Source of the DNA: a virus
IMG/VR virus record: IMGVR_UViG_3300003663_000001
Reading direction: 5' to 3' (one strand)
DNA: 38,819 bases
The translations under genes were made by a program, and so were the position numbers. Below are positions 17,201-25,771 of the stretch, in pieces (position 1 is the stretch's first letter; every line of letters begins with the position of its first letter). A model generated the notes under the pieces. That model worked only from the letters and a program-made list of their open reading frames with translations. It searched no databases and was not told where the DNA came from.

Positions 17201-18018
17201 AACGCCTCCTGAATACTCTGCAGTGTCAGCCCATAGTGTGTGGTGATCTCGTCGCCCATGTTGATCTTCCTGGTGGCCACGGCCCACACACTGTTATCTT
17301 CCGCCAGCTCCATAACCGCGTTCGGGTTGGCGCTGTGATTGGAATACCGGCCTATGATAGTGCGGCCACCATCGGCAGTCCTTGCCGGCCCAACAACCTC
17401 GCCAATCTCAAAATCCCGGCAGGCTTTCAGGCCATTGCCATGGATATAGGACAGCGCCACGGTCACACATTCGCTGTATGGCTGCTTCAGTTCTACCCGG
17501 TCGCTCTCGTTCTGAACCTGCGCCTGTACCTGGTCCTCGGTGATGCCGGCCATTTCCAGCACGGCCAGGTAACTGGCATGGTCACGCTGGCGCACGTAAT
17601 CCCGGTATTGCTCCATGGAAAAGAACGTCAGCCGGTCCACCATATCGCCTTCGTGGTAATGGTCGGTGCGGTGTACCGTGATCCAGCGGGTATCCTCAAA
17701 AGCATATCCGGCCCGCTTGCGCCCTGGTGGCGCTTCCATGATGTTGGCGCCTGTCATGCGCCTTGTGCCTTGTGGTGTAGCAACAGCAATATCACCGGAA
17801 AGCATGATATCCAGGTAGCCTTCTTTGTAGACGCGGCCAGTCATCAGCGTGCCCTTGGGAATAACAATCTCCCGTGCATACATGCCGTTAATGAATCGCT
17901 CCTGTACCGGGATCTCAACCTGCGGCTGGTCCAGCATGAAGTGCTCCATGGATTCAATGTGCTCGGTCGTCTTGCCGGCCAGGACGTAATGCACTTCTTC
18001 TTCGGTCAAAAGATCCAT
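17188..18018 (-). CDS. SET-domain protein (putative protein-lysine methyltransferase) with an uncharacterised N-terminal half, 276 aa
   Basis: Start at the ATG at 18018 (ATGA overlap with the upstream stop). C-terminal SET signatures: 'GNGLKACRDFEIGEVVG', 'RYSNHSANPNA' (17320-17340) and 'INMGDEITTHYG' (17230-17256). Confidence 0.7.
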   Translation of the reverse strand: MDLLTEEEVHYVLAGKTTEHIESMEHFMLDQPQVEIPVQERFINGMYAREIVIPKGTLMTGRVYKEGYLDIMLSGDIAVATPQGTRRMTGANIMEAPPGRKRAGYAFEDTRWITVHRTDHYHEGDMVDRLTFFSMEQYRDYVRQRDHASYLAVLEMAGITEDQVQAQVQNESDRVELKQPYSECVTVALSYIHGNGLKACRDFEIGEVVGPARTADGGRTIIGRYSNHSANPNAVMELAEDNSVWAVATRKINMGDEITTHYGLTLQSIQEALCQE

Positions 18019-18356
18019 CACACCACCGTCACGCCAGAAGCCATAAACAGAACAGCATCGACGTTTGCAGCTTTCGCCCATACCGTGTCACCTGGCGCCA
18101 GGATCTGCCCTTCCAGCTGGTACACAGGGAAGGACTGGTTGCTGTCCAGGGATTTTTGCTTGAGAAGCAGGTTGGAGGCATCGGCGGTACCGCCAGCCGG
18201 GACAATGTGGATATCTACTGTATCCACCACGGCAGATACGTTGCTCAGGGTCATTTTGCTGATAATGACGCGCTTTTGTGCCGGCGCCTCATAGTATTGC
18301 GCCAATGTGGCGGTCAGTGCCTGCGGGCTGATTAGCTGGATGGGCGTTGCATTCAT
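18018..18356 (-). CDS. Hypothetical small virion-module protein, 112 aa
   Basis: ORF track. Translationally coupled to its neighbours. The sequence looks beta-rich, and I recognise no motif. Confidence 0.5.
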   Translation of the reverse strand: MNATPIQLISPQALTATLAQYYEAPAQKRVIISKMTLSNVSAVVDTVDIHIVPAGGTADASNLLLKQKSLDSNQSFPVYQLEGQILAPGDTVWAKAANVDAVLFMASGVTVV

Positions 18357-18365
18357 GGCGTTACC

Positions 18366-18896
18366 TCAAAGAGTTGACTGGTCCTGCGTGCCACGGAAAG
18401 CCATGGCCACCACCAGGTTTGATAGATGGTTGACCTCTGCCCGCAACTCCCCTATCTCGCTGCGGCAGCCGGCCATTTCTGACAGTGTAACCGTTCTCAG
18501 GGTTTCTATCGCTTCGATCAGGTCAGATCTTGGTGCATTGCCGGCAATCATGGCGGAAAGGTTGCTGATTGCCTCGTCCACCATTGCCTGACTGGCTCTC
18601 TGGCTGGCAGACGAATACGCCAAGGCACTGTTCACCACTTCCTCAACTTCTTCACGACTGGCGCCATTTTTCTGCATCACAAAAGATGGCTGGCGGTCCT
18701 CCGGATCCTGCGGGCCTGCCGGACGGAAAAACGGGTAAGCGTTGGTGGAGTCCAGGTTGTCGATGGCGTCCTGCTCTCCCCCGGTACGCTTCCACAGCCG
18801 GTGCATGAAGTCGACAAAGGGCTTGGTTGGCTTGCCCGTTCTCAGGTCCACGATGCTCATGTTGACTGGTGGTGGATCGACCTTAATGGCGGGCAT
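18366..18896 (-). CDS. Hypothetical tail-associated protein with a C-terminal coiled coil, 176 aa
   Basis: Start moved to the ATG at 18896 ('MPAIKVDPPPVN'). The C-terminal heptad-like segment is 'ISNLSAMIAGNAPRSDLIEAIETLRTVTLSEMAGCRSEIGELRAEVNHLSNL'. Confidence 0.45.
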   Translation of the reverse strand: MPAIKVDPPPVNMSIVDLRTGKPTKPFVDFMHRLWKRTGGEQDAIDNLDSTNAYPFFRPAGPQDPEDRQPSFVMQKNGASREEVEEVVNSALAYSSASQRASQAMVDEAISNLSAMIAGNAPRSDLIEAIETLRTVTLSEMAGCRSEIGELRAEVNHLSNLVVAMAFRGTQDQSTL

Positions 18897-20268
18897 CTTC
18901 AATCTCCGCATACGCACCCAGGATGGCCACTGGAATCGGGTCGCTAATCTGAACTCTATATTGTCGCTGGCGGAACATGCCAAGCCGATTCCAGGCAACT
19001 CTTGTCAGATAGTTGCCAATTTTTCCGATTTCTGCCCAGTATTCATTACTCCAGGTCTTACCACCATCATCAGACCACTGAAGCATGGCTTGCGGGTTGT
19101 CGCCTTGACCGGTCACCAGACCAACACCACTTTCCATATCCAGTTCCAGGCGGTGCATGGTGGCACGGCGACGGTTGGCGTGAAGTGGCGGCGATACCGC
19201 AACGCGGCGGATCTCGTCAGTATTGTCGGTGTGAATGTTCAAGGCCATGGTGCAGATCTGGCCATTCTGGAAGTCGCCAATCAGGTGCTGGCCATAGGCG
19301 TACACATGGCAGGCGGCATGGTGTCGGCCCCAATGGTAGTGGCTGCGCTCATGCCAAAGGCCGGTGGACACGTCGAATACCACAGTGAGATTTTTGGATG
19401 GCAGAGTCAGCACGTAGAAGGCGTGCCCTTCCTCGATGTAGGTGTAAGCGGTGGCGTCCAGGTTGTTGTCGCCTATGCGTGCCTCGATGGCATGTGTGCT
19501 GATCCTCAATGGCTGGTATCCGGATGCACGGTACACAATGCCATCGTCACCCAGCCAGAACACGGTATTGTCCAGCTTGTCGGCGCTGTGCGGTGCCTGG
19601 CATCCCTTTTCAATGAAGGCGCTCTGCATACGCTCAAACGGGAAATCCACATCGCCACTGTTGTACCAGACTTCAATGGAATGCGTGCCGAACACCCACA
19701 GTTCCCGGTGGTCTGACAGAACGGCAACGGTATCATCCGGCGCCCCTTCCGCTGTCGCAAACCGCAACGGGTCAAATCCGGTTGATAGCAGATCTGACAG
19801 AAAGAATTGCCCTGTGCCGGCGCGGTTGAATATGAAATAGCCGTCTTGATAAGTGACGGTCGTTGCCGGGTACCAGCCATCCCCGGAAAGCTCACGGAGT
19901 CCGTCAGTCTCGTTGTAGGCGTAACCTTTCTTGCCATCGACAAACACCAGGTCAATGCCATTGGTGCTGGCGGATACCGGACCGGATTGGTCGATGGTGC
20001 CGATTTCAGTGTGTGCGCCAACCTGGTCCACGTAATACAGGCGTGTTTCAGTTATGGCGTACAGCTTATCCTTCAATTTGTGAAGCGCTTTCACGGGCGC
20101 CGTAGGCAGGCTGGCGAACGTCCATGTTCCCGGCGTGCCGTACAGTGCCACAGGTGTCTTGCTGTCTGGCGGCAACGCTTCAGCATACAGATTCACCAGG
20201 CGGGATCCATTGGCGGCCTCTGCCCGGGTCTGGTTACTGCCGGTTGCCCACTGAATTGGTCGCATCAT
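18883..20268 (-). CDS. P22 gp10-like tail hub / packaged-DNA stabilisation protein, 461 aa
   Basis: Size and end motifs parallel P22 gp10: 'NLYAEALPPDSKTPVALYGTPG', 'WVFGTHSIEVWYNSG' and the C-terminal 'RVAWNRLGMFRQRQYRVQISDPIPVAILGAYAEIE' (cf. gp10 'VLWKRVGRIRRLIGFKLRVITKSPVTLSGCQIRLE'). Confidence 0.65.
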   Translation of the reverse strand: MMRPIQWATGSNQTRAEAANGSRLVNLYAEALPPDSKTPVALYGTPGTWTFASLPTAPVKALHKLKDKLYAITETRLYYVDQVGAHTEIGTIDQSGPVSASTNGIDLVFVDGKKGYAYNETDGLRELSGDGWYPATTVTYQDGYFIFNRAGTGQFFLSDLLSTGFDPLRFATAEGAPDDTVAVLSDHRELWVFGTHSIEVWYNSGDVDFPFERMQSAFIEKGCQAPHSADKLDNTVFWLGDDGIVYRASGYQPLRISTHAIEARIGDNNLDATAYTYIEEGHAFYVLTLPSKNLTVVFDVSTGLWHERSHYHWGRHHAACHVYAYGQHLIGDFQNGQICTMALNIHTDNTDEIRRVAVSPPLHANRRRATMHRLELDMESGVGLVTGQGDNPQAMLQWSDDGGKTWSNEYWAEIGKIGNYLTRVAWNRLGMFRQRQYRVQISDPIPVAILGAYAEIEDARH

Positions 20269-20972
20269 TAGCCTGGCCCACTATAAATGTCATAGCCGCG
20301 GGGTTGGATCAGCCCGCCATCCATCTGCAGTTCACGTAGCCTGGTGGTGCTGTTGGTGCGCTTCAGCACCTTACGGGCCTGTGAATACTGCGCGGCAATC
20401 ACCTGATCCACCTGTTTGCCGTACTCCGGCGCCAGCTCCAGCGCCAGGCCAAGACGGATAGCTCGCTCATACCCTGGCGGGAACTCCACTTCAGCGGTCA
20501 GTGCCGGCAGATCCTGAATCGGCTTTGAGCTAACCATCACCAGCTTGTTTCCGGCCGCGGTCACGGCGCTGAATCTCAGGGTGCCTAGCGGGTTATCGGA
20601 CGTGTAGTAGGCATAGCGCGGGAATGACTGCACGTTGCTCTTGATAGGGATATCGGACCACGTATTGAGCCCGACAATCTCCACGGCCACGGAATGCCCG
20701 GAAGGCTCCCGGATATTCAGCTTTTCAATGATGGTTGGCCGGACGGTATCGAAGTCTCCCCCGGGACCGATCGTAAAGGAATTCTGTTCTACCAGGTCGA
20801 ATTGCTCATGCACCAGGGCGGGCACCAGCAGGGTTTCGTTGGTCCAGCTGTCCAGCATCTGCTTGGCATACAGCAAAGCGTCCTGTAACTCAGCGGGCCT
20901 TGCTTCTTCCCCGCTTGCCAGGACGCCTATGCTTCGCAGTGCGCTTTCAACCAATCGCTTCGTGGTTGCCAT
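20268..20972 (-). CDS. P22 gp4-like head-to-tail adaptor / tail accessory factor, 234 aa
   Basis: 'LVESALRSIGVLASGEEARPAELQDALLYAKQMLDSW' parallels P22 gp4 '[39 protein letters not shown]'. It lies between the coat and gp10-like genes. Confidence 0.6.
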   Translation of the reverse strand: MATTKRLVESALRSIGVLASGEEARPAELQDALLYAKQMLDSWTNETLLVPALVHEQFDLVEQNSFTIGPGGDFDTVRPTIIEKLNIREPSGHSVAVEIVGLNTWSDIPIKSNVQSFPRYAYYTSDNPLGTLRFSAVTAAGNKLVMVSSKPIQDLPALTAEVEFPPGYERAIRLGLALELAPEYGKQVDQVIAAQYSQARKVLKRTNSTTRLRELQMDGGLIQPRGYDIYSGPG

Positions 20973-20978
20973 GGCGCT

Positions 20979-21290
20979 TTACTCCAGGCCGCTGCGGACC
21001 TTCTCGATCAGGGTTTCTTCCTTCCAGGCTTTCAGCATCTTCACGCCAAGGTACCGGCCCAGCTTCACCAGTTCGTCCTTGGTCAAGTCGGTGGGTTCCT
21101 CGTTGAAACGATCCAGCAATTCGTCACGCTCTTGGTCGTTGCTTTCAACCTGGTCGTTCTGCTCTGCCGGCGAATCCTGCCAGCCATCGGCCTCCAGGGC
21201 TTCCAGTTCCTCAGCGGTGACGTTTACCAGCTTGGGCTTCTTGTCGGCGTGATAGATCCAGGTGCGGGTTTTTTCGGCTTCTTCAGTCAT
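20979..21290 (-). CDS. Hypothetical acidic protein with a C-terminal HeH/SAP-like motif, 103 aa
   Basis: ORF track. 'LTKDELVKLGRYLGVKMLKAWKEETLIEKV' resembles the HeH/Rho-N-type helix-extension-helix often seen in small phage head-module proteins. Confidence 0.45.
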   Translation of the reverse strand: MTEEAEKTRTWIYHADKKPKLVNVTAEELEALEADGWQDSPAEQNDQVESNDQERDELLDRFNEEPTDLTKDELVKLGRYLGVKMLKAWKEETLIEKVRSGLE

Positions 21291-21305
21291 TTTGGTGTCT
21301 CCAGG

Positions 21306-21346
21306 CGGGATAAAAGTAAGGGCCTGACTGGTGCCGGGCCCTTACT
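21306..21346 (-). terminator. Rho-independent terminator after the coat gene
   Basis: Perfect 10-bp stem AGTAAGGGCC (21315-21324) / GGCCCTTACT (21337-21346). On the minus strand it is followed by TTTTATCCC. It starts 20 nt after the coat stop codon. Confidence 0.7.
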
Positions 21347-21365
21347 CGTTGCTGCTACCTACCAA

Positions 21366-22628
21366 TCAGCCTTCAGCTGACCACATGCGGTGTGCCAGCT
21401 CAGGGTAAATCATGTGCGCACCCCAAACGGCGTCAATCCGCGTAATCTCTGACTGCTCATTGATGTCGTATGCCCCGGTCATGGACAGGGACAGGCCGGA
21501 ATCCGGATCACGGACGCGAGACTTCACAGTGGCAGACTGGGGCAGTTCCAGGTCAACCATTGCCAGGGCAATCGCATCGCGGTGGAACAGGAAGTTTTCG
21601 CGGTATGTGGTGTCCGGGCTGCCCAGCACAGTAATGGCGGCGTTATCAGCAGGTGCGGCATCCACGTTCTGGTATGCCTTGGTGCTGATTATGTCGCCTT
21701 CCTGGTTGGTGGTGGTGCCGGTACCATCGTTGATAGCCGGGCTGATCTTGATGGTGGCCAGGCCGACAGCGTCAGAATTCACGTCCTCCTGCACAACAAA
21801 GTGCTTCAGGCGGCCAGTAGAGGCATAGCTCTGCGGGTTGATCTCATGCACCCCGGCAAACTGAATCACGTCACCCGCTTTCAGCAGGCCGGTCACGCTG
21901 GCGGTCCAGCCATCAGTCTGGATGGTGTCACCAGTCTGGTTTGCACCTGCAGTCAGCGGTGTGCCACCATACGCACCCACGGTGTGAGTCGGAAGGTTGG
22001 CAGATTCAAACAGGTCAAAGCCGGCCAGCGGCCCCATGTAACCTTTCTGAATGGCGCCTTTCACCATCATTTCGTTGTTCTTATTGCTGATTGCGTCCGA
22101 GACTTCAGCCGCATCCAGCATGTTCAAGATACAGCGGCGCATCCCATCATCCGGAACAGCCACCTGGCCCATGTACGCCTTCGCAAGATGGAAATTCTTG
22201 AGATTGATGGCGGTACCGGGCGTGCCGGAGCTGAAGAAGGCTTCTTTCGCGGTCAGCAGGATCGAACGGTCAATGACGTTGGCAATCTGGATCATGCCAG
22301 ACTTCAGGTAACGCTCGCTGAATTGCTCAACACTGAGGGTCCGGTCACGCATTGTGACTTCCAGGCCGAAGTGTTCTTGGCGGTTGATGTTGAACGGGAT
22401 GCTCAGGTCAGTCATGGGCTGCTTCTGCAACACACGGCCTGAAGCAGTCTTGGTGCGGAAAGGCTTTTGCAGGGAAATGGAGTCACCCACCTTTGCAAAG
22501 CGGCGTTCCAGGTCGCGGTGTACCAGCGGTGCGGCCACCAGGTTGTTCTTCAGAAGGCGCAACGCCTCCTTCACAATAATGTCGTCCGTCAGCAGACGGT
22601 TACCTTTCTCACCGTTGAGTTGCGGCAT
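21366..22628 (-). CDS. Major capsid protein, P22 coat (gp5)-like, 420 aa
   Basis: Size and position match a coat protein. 'GDVIQFAGV', 'NFLFHRDAIALAMVDLELP' and 'RIDAVWGAHMIYPELAHRM' parallel P22 gp5 'GDKISFAGV', 'NVFWADDAIRIVSQPIPA' and 'RIALWYGVNATRPEAIG'. Confidence 0.8.
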   Translation of the reverse strand: MPQLNGEKGNRLLTDDIIVKEALRLLKNNLVAAPLVHRDLERRFAKVGDSISLQKPFRTKTASGRVLQKQPMTDLSIPFNINRQEHFGLEVTMRDRTLSVEQFSERYLKSGMIQIANVIDRSILLTAKEAFFSSGTPGTAINLKNFHLAKAYMGQVAVPDDGMRRCILNMLDAAEVSDAISNKNNEMMVKGAIQKGYMGPLAGFDLFESANLPTHTVGAYGGTPLTAGANQTGDTIQTDGWTASVTGLLKAGDVIQFAGVHEINPQSYASTGRLKHFVVQEDVNSDAVGLATIKISPAINDGTGTTTNQEGDIISTKAYQNVDAAPADNAAITVLGSPDTTYRENFLFHRDAIALAMVDLELPQSATVKSRVRDPDSGLSLSMTGAYDINEQSEITRIDAVWGAHMIYPELAHRMWSAEG

Positions 22629-22648
22629 GGCTCAATACTCCTAAATAG

Positions 22649-23596
22649 TTACCAAAAGCCCCTGCCGTTTCGCTCCCGCTCGTTCATGGTGCGCTCATAC
22701 TCGGAAAAGTCCATATCGGCTGCAGTTTTCGAGGATGAATCGCTACCCCTCACGGGTTCGATTGGGTCAGGCGCCTGAGTAGTCTTTTTACCGGGCGGTT
22801 TCATGTTTGCCACTTTGGCTTCCAGCTTCCCGATTTCCCGGGCCTGTGCCAGTGGCGACAAACCAGCAATACGGCTGGCCTCGTCTTTGTGCTTGCCAAG
22901 ATAGTAGGCCACGTCACCAGGGTTATCTGAATCCGCCAGGGCCTTGACCATATCCTTGGTGATCTGCACGTCCGGTGCGGTCACCACATCATCGAAGTCG
23001 TCATACTTTTCGCGGCTCTCGTCGAACGCTTCTGTCACGTCCTCCAGTGCCTCGGTGTATTCCGTATCTTCTTCCTGGTCCTGGTCCTGCGCGTTGTCGT
23101 CGGTGCCCTTGTCTTTCCCATCGCCAGCCCCTTTCCCCTTTTTCTGTCCGGCTTTCCAGTCTGCCAGTGAATCCAGGTAATCGTCATAGCTGTCGAAGTC
23201 GGAAGGGTCCGGCTCGTCGGTCCCGGTGTCGCTGATACGCTTGTCGTCGCCCTCGGGCTGCTTGCCCTGGCTGCGAATACGCTTCAGCTCGTCCTCTGCC
23301 TCTTTCGCTCTCTTGGTCAAACGGTCAATGCGCTTCTGGTACGAATTACGGGCTTTGCCCTTGGGCTTCTGTACCTCGCCGGCATCATCGGCGTGTTTTC
23401 CATCGGCATCGTCCTTGCCTTCTTCCGCTGAAACGTCCTGGCCCTCCTGCTGGCCCTCTCCCTCGTCTTGGGCTTTGGCCGATCCTTCACCCTGTGTTTC
23501 CTGGGTACCACCTTCCGGCTGATCCCCAACGGCCTCGGTAACGAAAACCTCGTAGCTTTCGGTTTCTTGCTCAGGTGTCTTGGCTTCTTCTGCCAT
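22649..23596 (-). CDS. Scaffolding protein (by position and composition), 315 aa
   Basis: It lies between the portal and coat genes. The sequence is highly acidic and low in complexity, with a helical C-terminus. GAAGGAGA precedes the ATG. Confidence 0.6.
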   Translation of the reverse strand: MAEEAKTPEQETESYEVFVTEAVGDQPEGGTQETQGEGSAKAQDEGEGQQEGQDVSAEEGKDDADGKHADDAGEVQKPKGKARNSYQKRIDRLTKRAKEAEDELKRIRSQGKQPEGDDKRISDTGTDEPDPSDFDSYDDYLDSLADWKAGQKKGKGAGDGKDKGTDDNAQDQDQEEDTEYTEALEDVTEAFDESREKYDDFDDVVTAPDVQITKDMVKALADSDNPGDVAYYLGKHKDEASRIAGLSPLAQAREIGKLEAKVANMKPPGKKTTQAPDPIEPVRGSDSSSKTAADMDFSEYERTMNERERNGRGFW

Positions 23597-23657
23597 GTCG
23601 CGTTGTCTCCTTCGCGGATTTATCCCCTGTGATAAGCCACAGGTAGCTTGTGGTCAC

Positions 23658-23688
23658 ATTATAGCCTGTTATCAGGCATTAACAGCAA
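23658..23688 (-). promoter_or_regulatory. Candidate sigma70 promoter in the portal-scaffold spacer
   Basis: On the minus strand: TTGCTG (23688-23683), 19-nt spacer, perfect TATAAT (23663-23658). The leader holds two mutually exclusive short hairpins: CCTGTG/CACAGG (23626-23643) and CCACA/TGTGG (23637-23653). Confidence 0.3.
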
Positions 23689-25768
23689 CTTCGCTGCCTT
23701 GCTGGCCCTGTGCCATGATCTCGGCCATGGCTTCAGCTACCAGGTTACGCACGGTTTCTTCAATGGATCCTGGTCCTGCCAGCATAGCATCCCGTTCAAT
23801 CTCAGCCATTTTGGCGCGGGCTTCGGCGGTGTCGGCCTCGGCCTTGGCCATATCAGCTTGCGCGCGGGCCTTCTCTGCCTCGGCGCCGGCCATATCGGCT
23901 TCAGCCTTGGCCATTTCGGCCTGTTGCTCTGGCGTCGGCTGCGGTGGCTGGATATCCAGTTCGTCCATTTCGTCCTGGTCCAGTATGCCCGGTGGCAGGA
24001 TCTTCTTCAGGCGCTTGCTGATCTCGTCAGCTCCCGGCCAATCCATGTTCTTGGCTATCAGGTCCGCCAGCACGCCAGCTGCAGACGGTACCGCTTGAGC
24101 AAACTGGATCAGGCTGTCAGCGGCCTGCAGTCGTTGAGTCTGGTAGCCAGGGCCTGCCTTCACGGTCACGTCGAACTTGCCTTGCGCGATATCGTGAACC
24201 AGCACGGGCTTGCCGGTTTCCTCGTCCATCACCATCTGATTGATCCGGAGCCAGTCGCCGGTACCGTCCTCAAACTGCACCCGGATAACACGCTCACTGT
24301 CGTACACCCTCGGAATCAGCTCGATACAGATCTGCCCGATACGGCCAATGGCGCGGCTCAGGTTGTCGATGTATGCGAACGTACCCCGGTCTCCCTGTTG
24401 CTGGCGTGCCAGGATAGCCTTACCGCTGGTTTCGTTGCTCTGTGCGCCTACGCTGGCATCGTACAGGCCAATGGTGGCCTTCATCTCGTCCGTGAAGCTC
24501 ATGGCTATCTGCAGCTCTGCCGTGGGCATCGGCGTGCCCTGGTTGCGCTGCGGTGGTGGGATATCGGCCCGGGCGTTGTATCTCAGCACGCTGGCGTTGT
24601 CGACGTTGGCGCTTTCCCACTCCTGTTCATAGCCCTCGATGGATTCAGCATCGGCTACCCACGGTGCCTTGGGCGCCAGGGCGGATTTCTCCGTTGCGGC
24701 CGTCATCCAGAAGTTGTGCATCCGTTGGGCGTCTTTCCCGTACCGGATCAGGCCACGGTAAGAAGTTTTGTCACCAATCGTCATTTCCTTACCCAGCACA
24801 GGGACCACGGGAATGGTCCGGCCTGGCCAGGTAACCGGGCCTTCCAGGATCTCGTAGGCGGTAACCTTGGCCCACTTCACCACGTAGGTTTTCACTTTTC
24901 GAGTCCGGGCAACGGTAATGCCCATTTCCTTTAGCTCGTCCAGAACGTCCTTTACCTCGTCCTCCCACACAACACGGTCGTCACTCAGTAGTAGCAGGGT
25001 CCGGTTTTTCGGCTCACGCCAGAAGTATTCCGCCACCCGCACGCCTTCTTCACTCACCCACCAGGAATACTCACCCCGGTCAGCGTCGATCAGATCCCCG
25101 CGGACTGCATCGGGATACCGCTTTTCAAACTCCTTCTTGCGCATCCGCTCCCCAATGAAGCAGAAGTTGGCATCTGAATAGTCCGGCTCCACGGCGTCCG
25201 GATCCATCAGTACCGCGAAACGGTTGTGAATGCTCTTAATGCACAGATCCTGCTCAAAGGCATCGTCGGTGGAATACTTGGTCAGCACGCGCAACCAGCC
25301 AAAACCACCTTCAACGGCGTGCTGAAATGCCGTGTCATAGTGCGCTTCGGCCTTGCTGGTGTACTCGATGTTGCGAATCAGGGCTTCATACACTTCCGCC
25401 AGCGAGTAATTCACCTTGCCGGTCAGGTTCGATAGCTTCTGCGGCTCGTCCTCCCCGGCGCCGGCAATGTTGGCTTCAGTCGGATGGACGCGAATTGCTG
25501 GCCGGTTCTGGCGCTGGTCGCCCAATACCTGGTCAACGTACTGCGGCAGTTTGTTCAGGGTCAGGCACGGGCGCTGCTTTAGTTCCCGTTGCTGCTTGAT
25601 GTAGTCCGGCCACTGCTCACCCGCCAGGAACTTGATATCCTCCTGCGCGGCGTCGAAGTTGTGCTGCCATGCCGTCTTGGCATAGTCCGCACGCTCCCGG
25701 ATCTCCTTCAGCATATATTCCTTGCTGTCACCCTCGCGGGTCTTTATCGGTTCTTTGCCTGGCAACAT
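23672..25768 (-). CDS. Portal protein, P22 gp1-like, 698 aa
   Basis: 'RVAEYFWREP', 'TIPVVPVLG' and 'GLIRYGKDAQRMHNFWMTAATEKSALAPKAPWVADAESIEGYEQEWESAN' parallel P22 portal 'QIAEFYEVV', 'HIPIVPVFGE' and '[50 protein letters not shown]'. It has an Ala/Glu-rich C-terminal coiled coil. Confidence 0.9.
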   Translation of the reverse strand: MLPGKEPIKTREGDSKEYMLKEIRERADYAKTAWQHNFDAAQEDIKFLAGEQWPDYIKQQRELKQRPCLTLNKLPQYVDQVLGDQRQNRPAIRVHPTEANIAGAGEDEPQKLSNLTGKVNYSLAEVYEALIRNIEYTSKAEAHYDTAFQHAVEGGFGWLRVLTKYSTDDAFEQDLCIKSIHNRFAVLMDPDAVEPDYSDANFCFIGERMRKKEFEKRYPDAVRGDLIDADRGEYSWWVSEEGVRVAEYFWREPKNRTLLLLSDDRVVWEDEVKDVLDELKEMGITVARTRKVKTYVVKWAKVTAYEILEGPVTWPGRTIPVVPVLGKEMTIGDKTSYRGLIRYGKDAQRMHNFWMTAATEKSALAPKAPWVADAESIEGYEQEWESANVDNASVLRYNARADIPPPQRNQGTPMPTAELQIAMSFTDEMKATIGLYDASVGAQSNETSGKAILARQQQGDRGTFAYIDNLSRAIGRIGQICIELIPRVYDSERVIRVQFEDGTGDWLRINQMVMDEETGKPVLVHDIAQGKFDVTVKAGPGYQTQRLQAADSLIQFAQAVPSAAGVLADLIAKNMDWPGADEISKRLKKILPPGILDQDEMDELDIQPPQPTPEQQAEMAKAEADMAGAEAEKARAQADMAKAEADTAEARAKMAEIERDAMLAGPGSIEETVRNLVAEAMAEIMAQGQQGSEVAVNA

Positions 25769-25771
25769 GAT

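Noticed and set aside
19506-20021. A 171-aa same-strand +1-frame ORF inside the gp10-like gene.
   Set aside because: Its composition is Arg/Ser/Thr/Pro/Cys-rich ('..RQRKGRRMIPLPFCQTTGNCGCSARIPLKS..'). It has no recognisable motif and no start context. I keep it only as a baseline for how long chance +1 ORFs get in this genome.
23317-23529. A 70-aa highly basic same-strand ORF inside the scaffold gene.
   Set aside because: It is the frame-shifted image of a very acidic region (Lys/Arg-rich by construction). It has no start context and no structure-like pattern.
23820-23930. Repetitive DNA ('gccttggccat(a/t)tc(a/g)gc' recurring) near the 3' end of the portal gene.
   Set aside because: It simply encodes the Ala/Glu/Lys-rich coiled coil 'AEMAKAEADMAGAEAEKARAQADMAKAEADTAEARAKMAE' of the portal C-terminal barrel. 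It is not an independent element.
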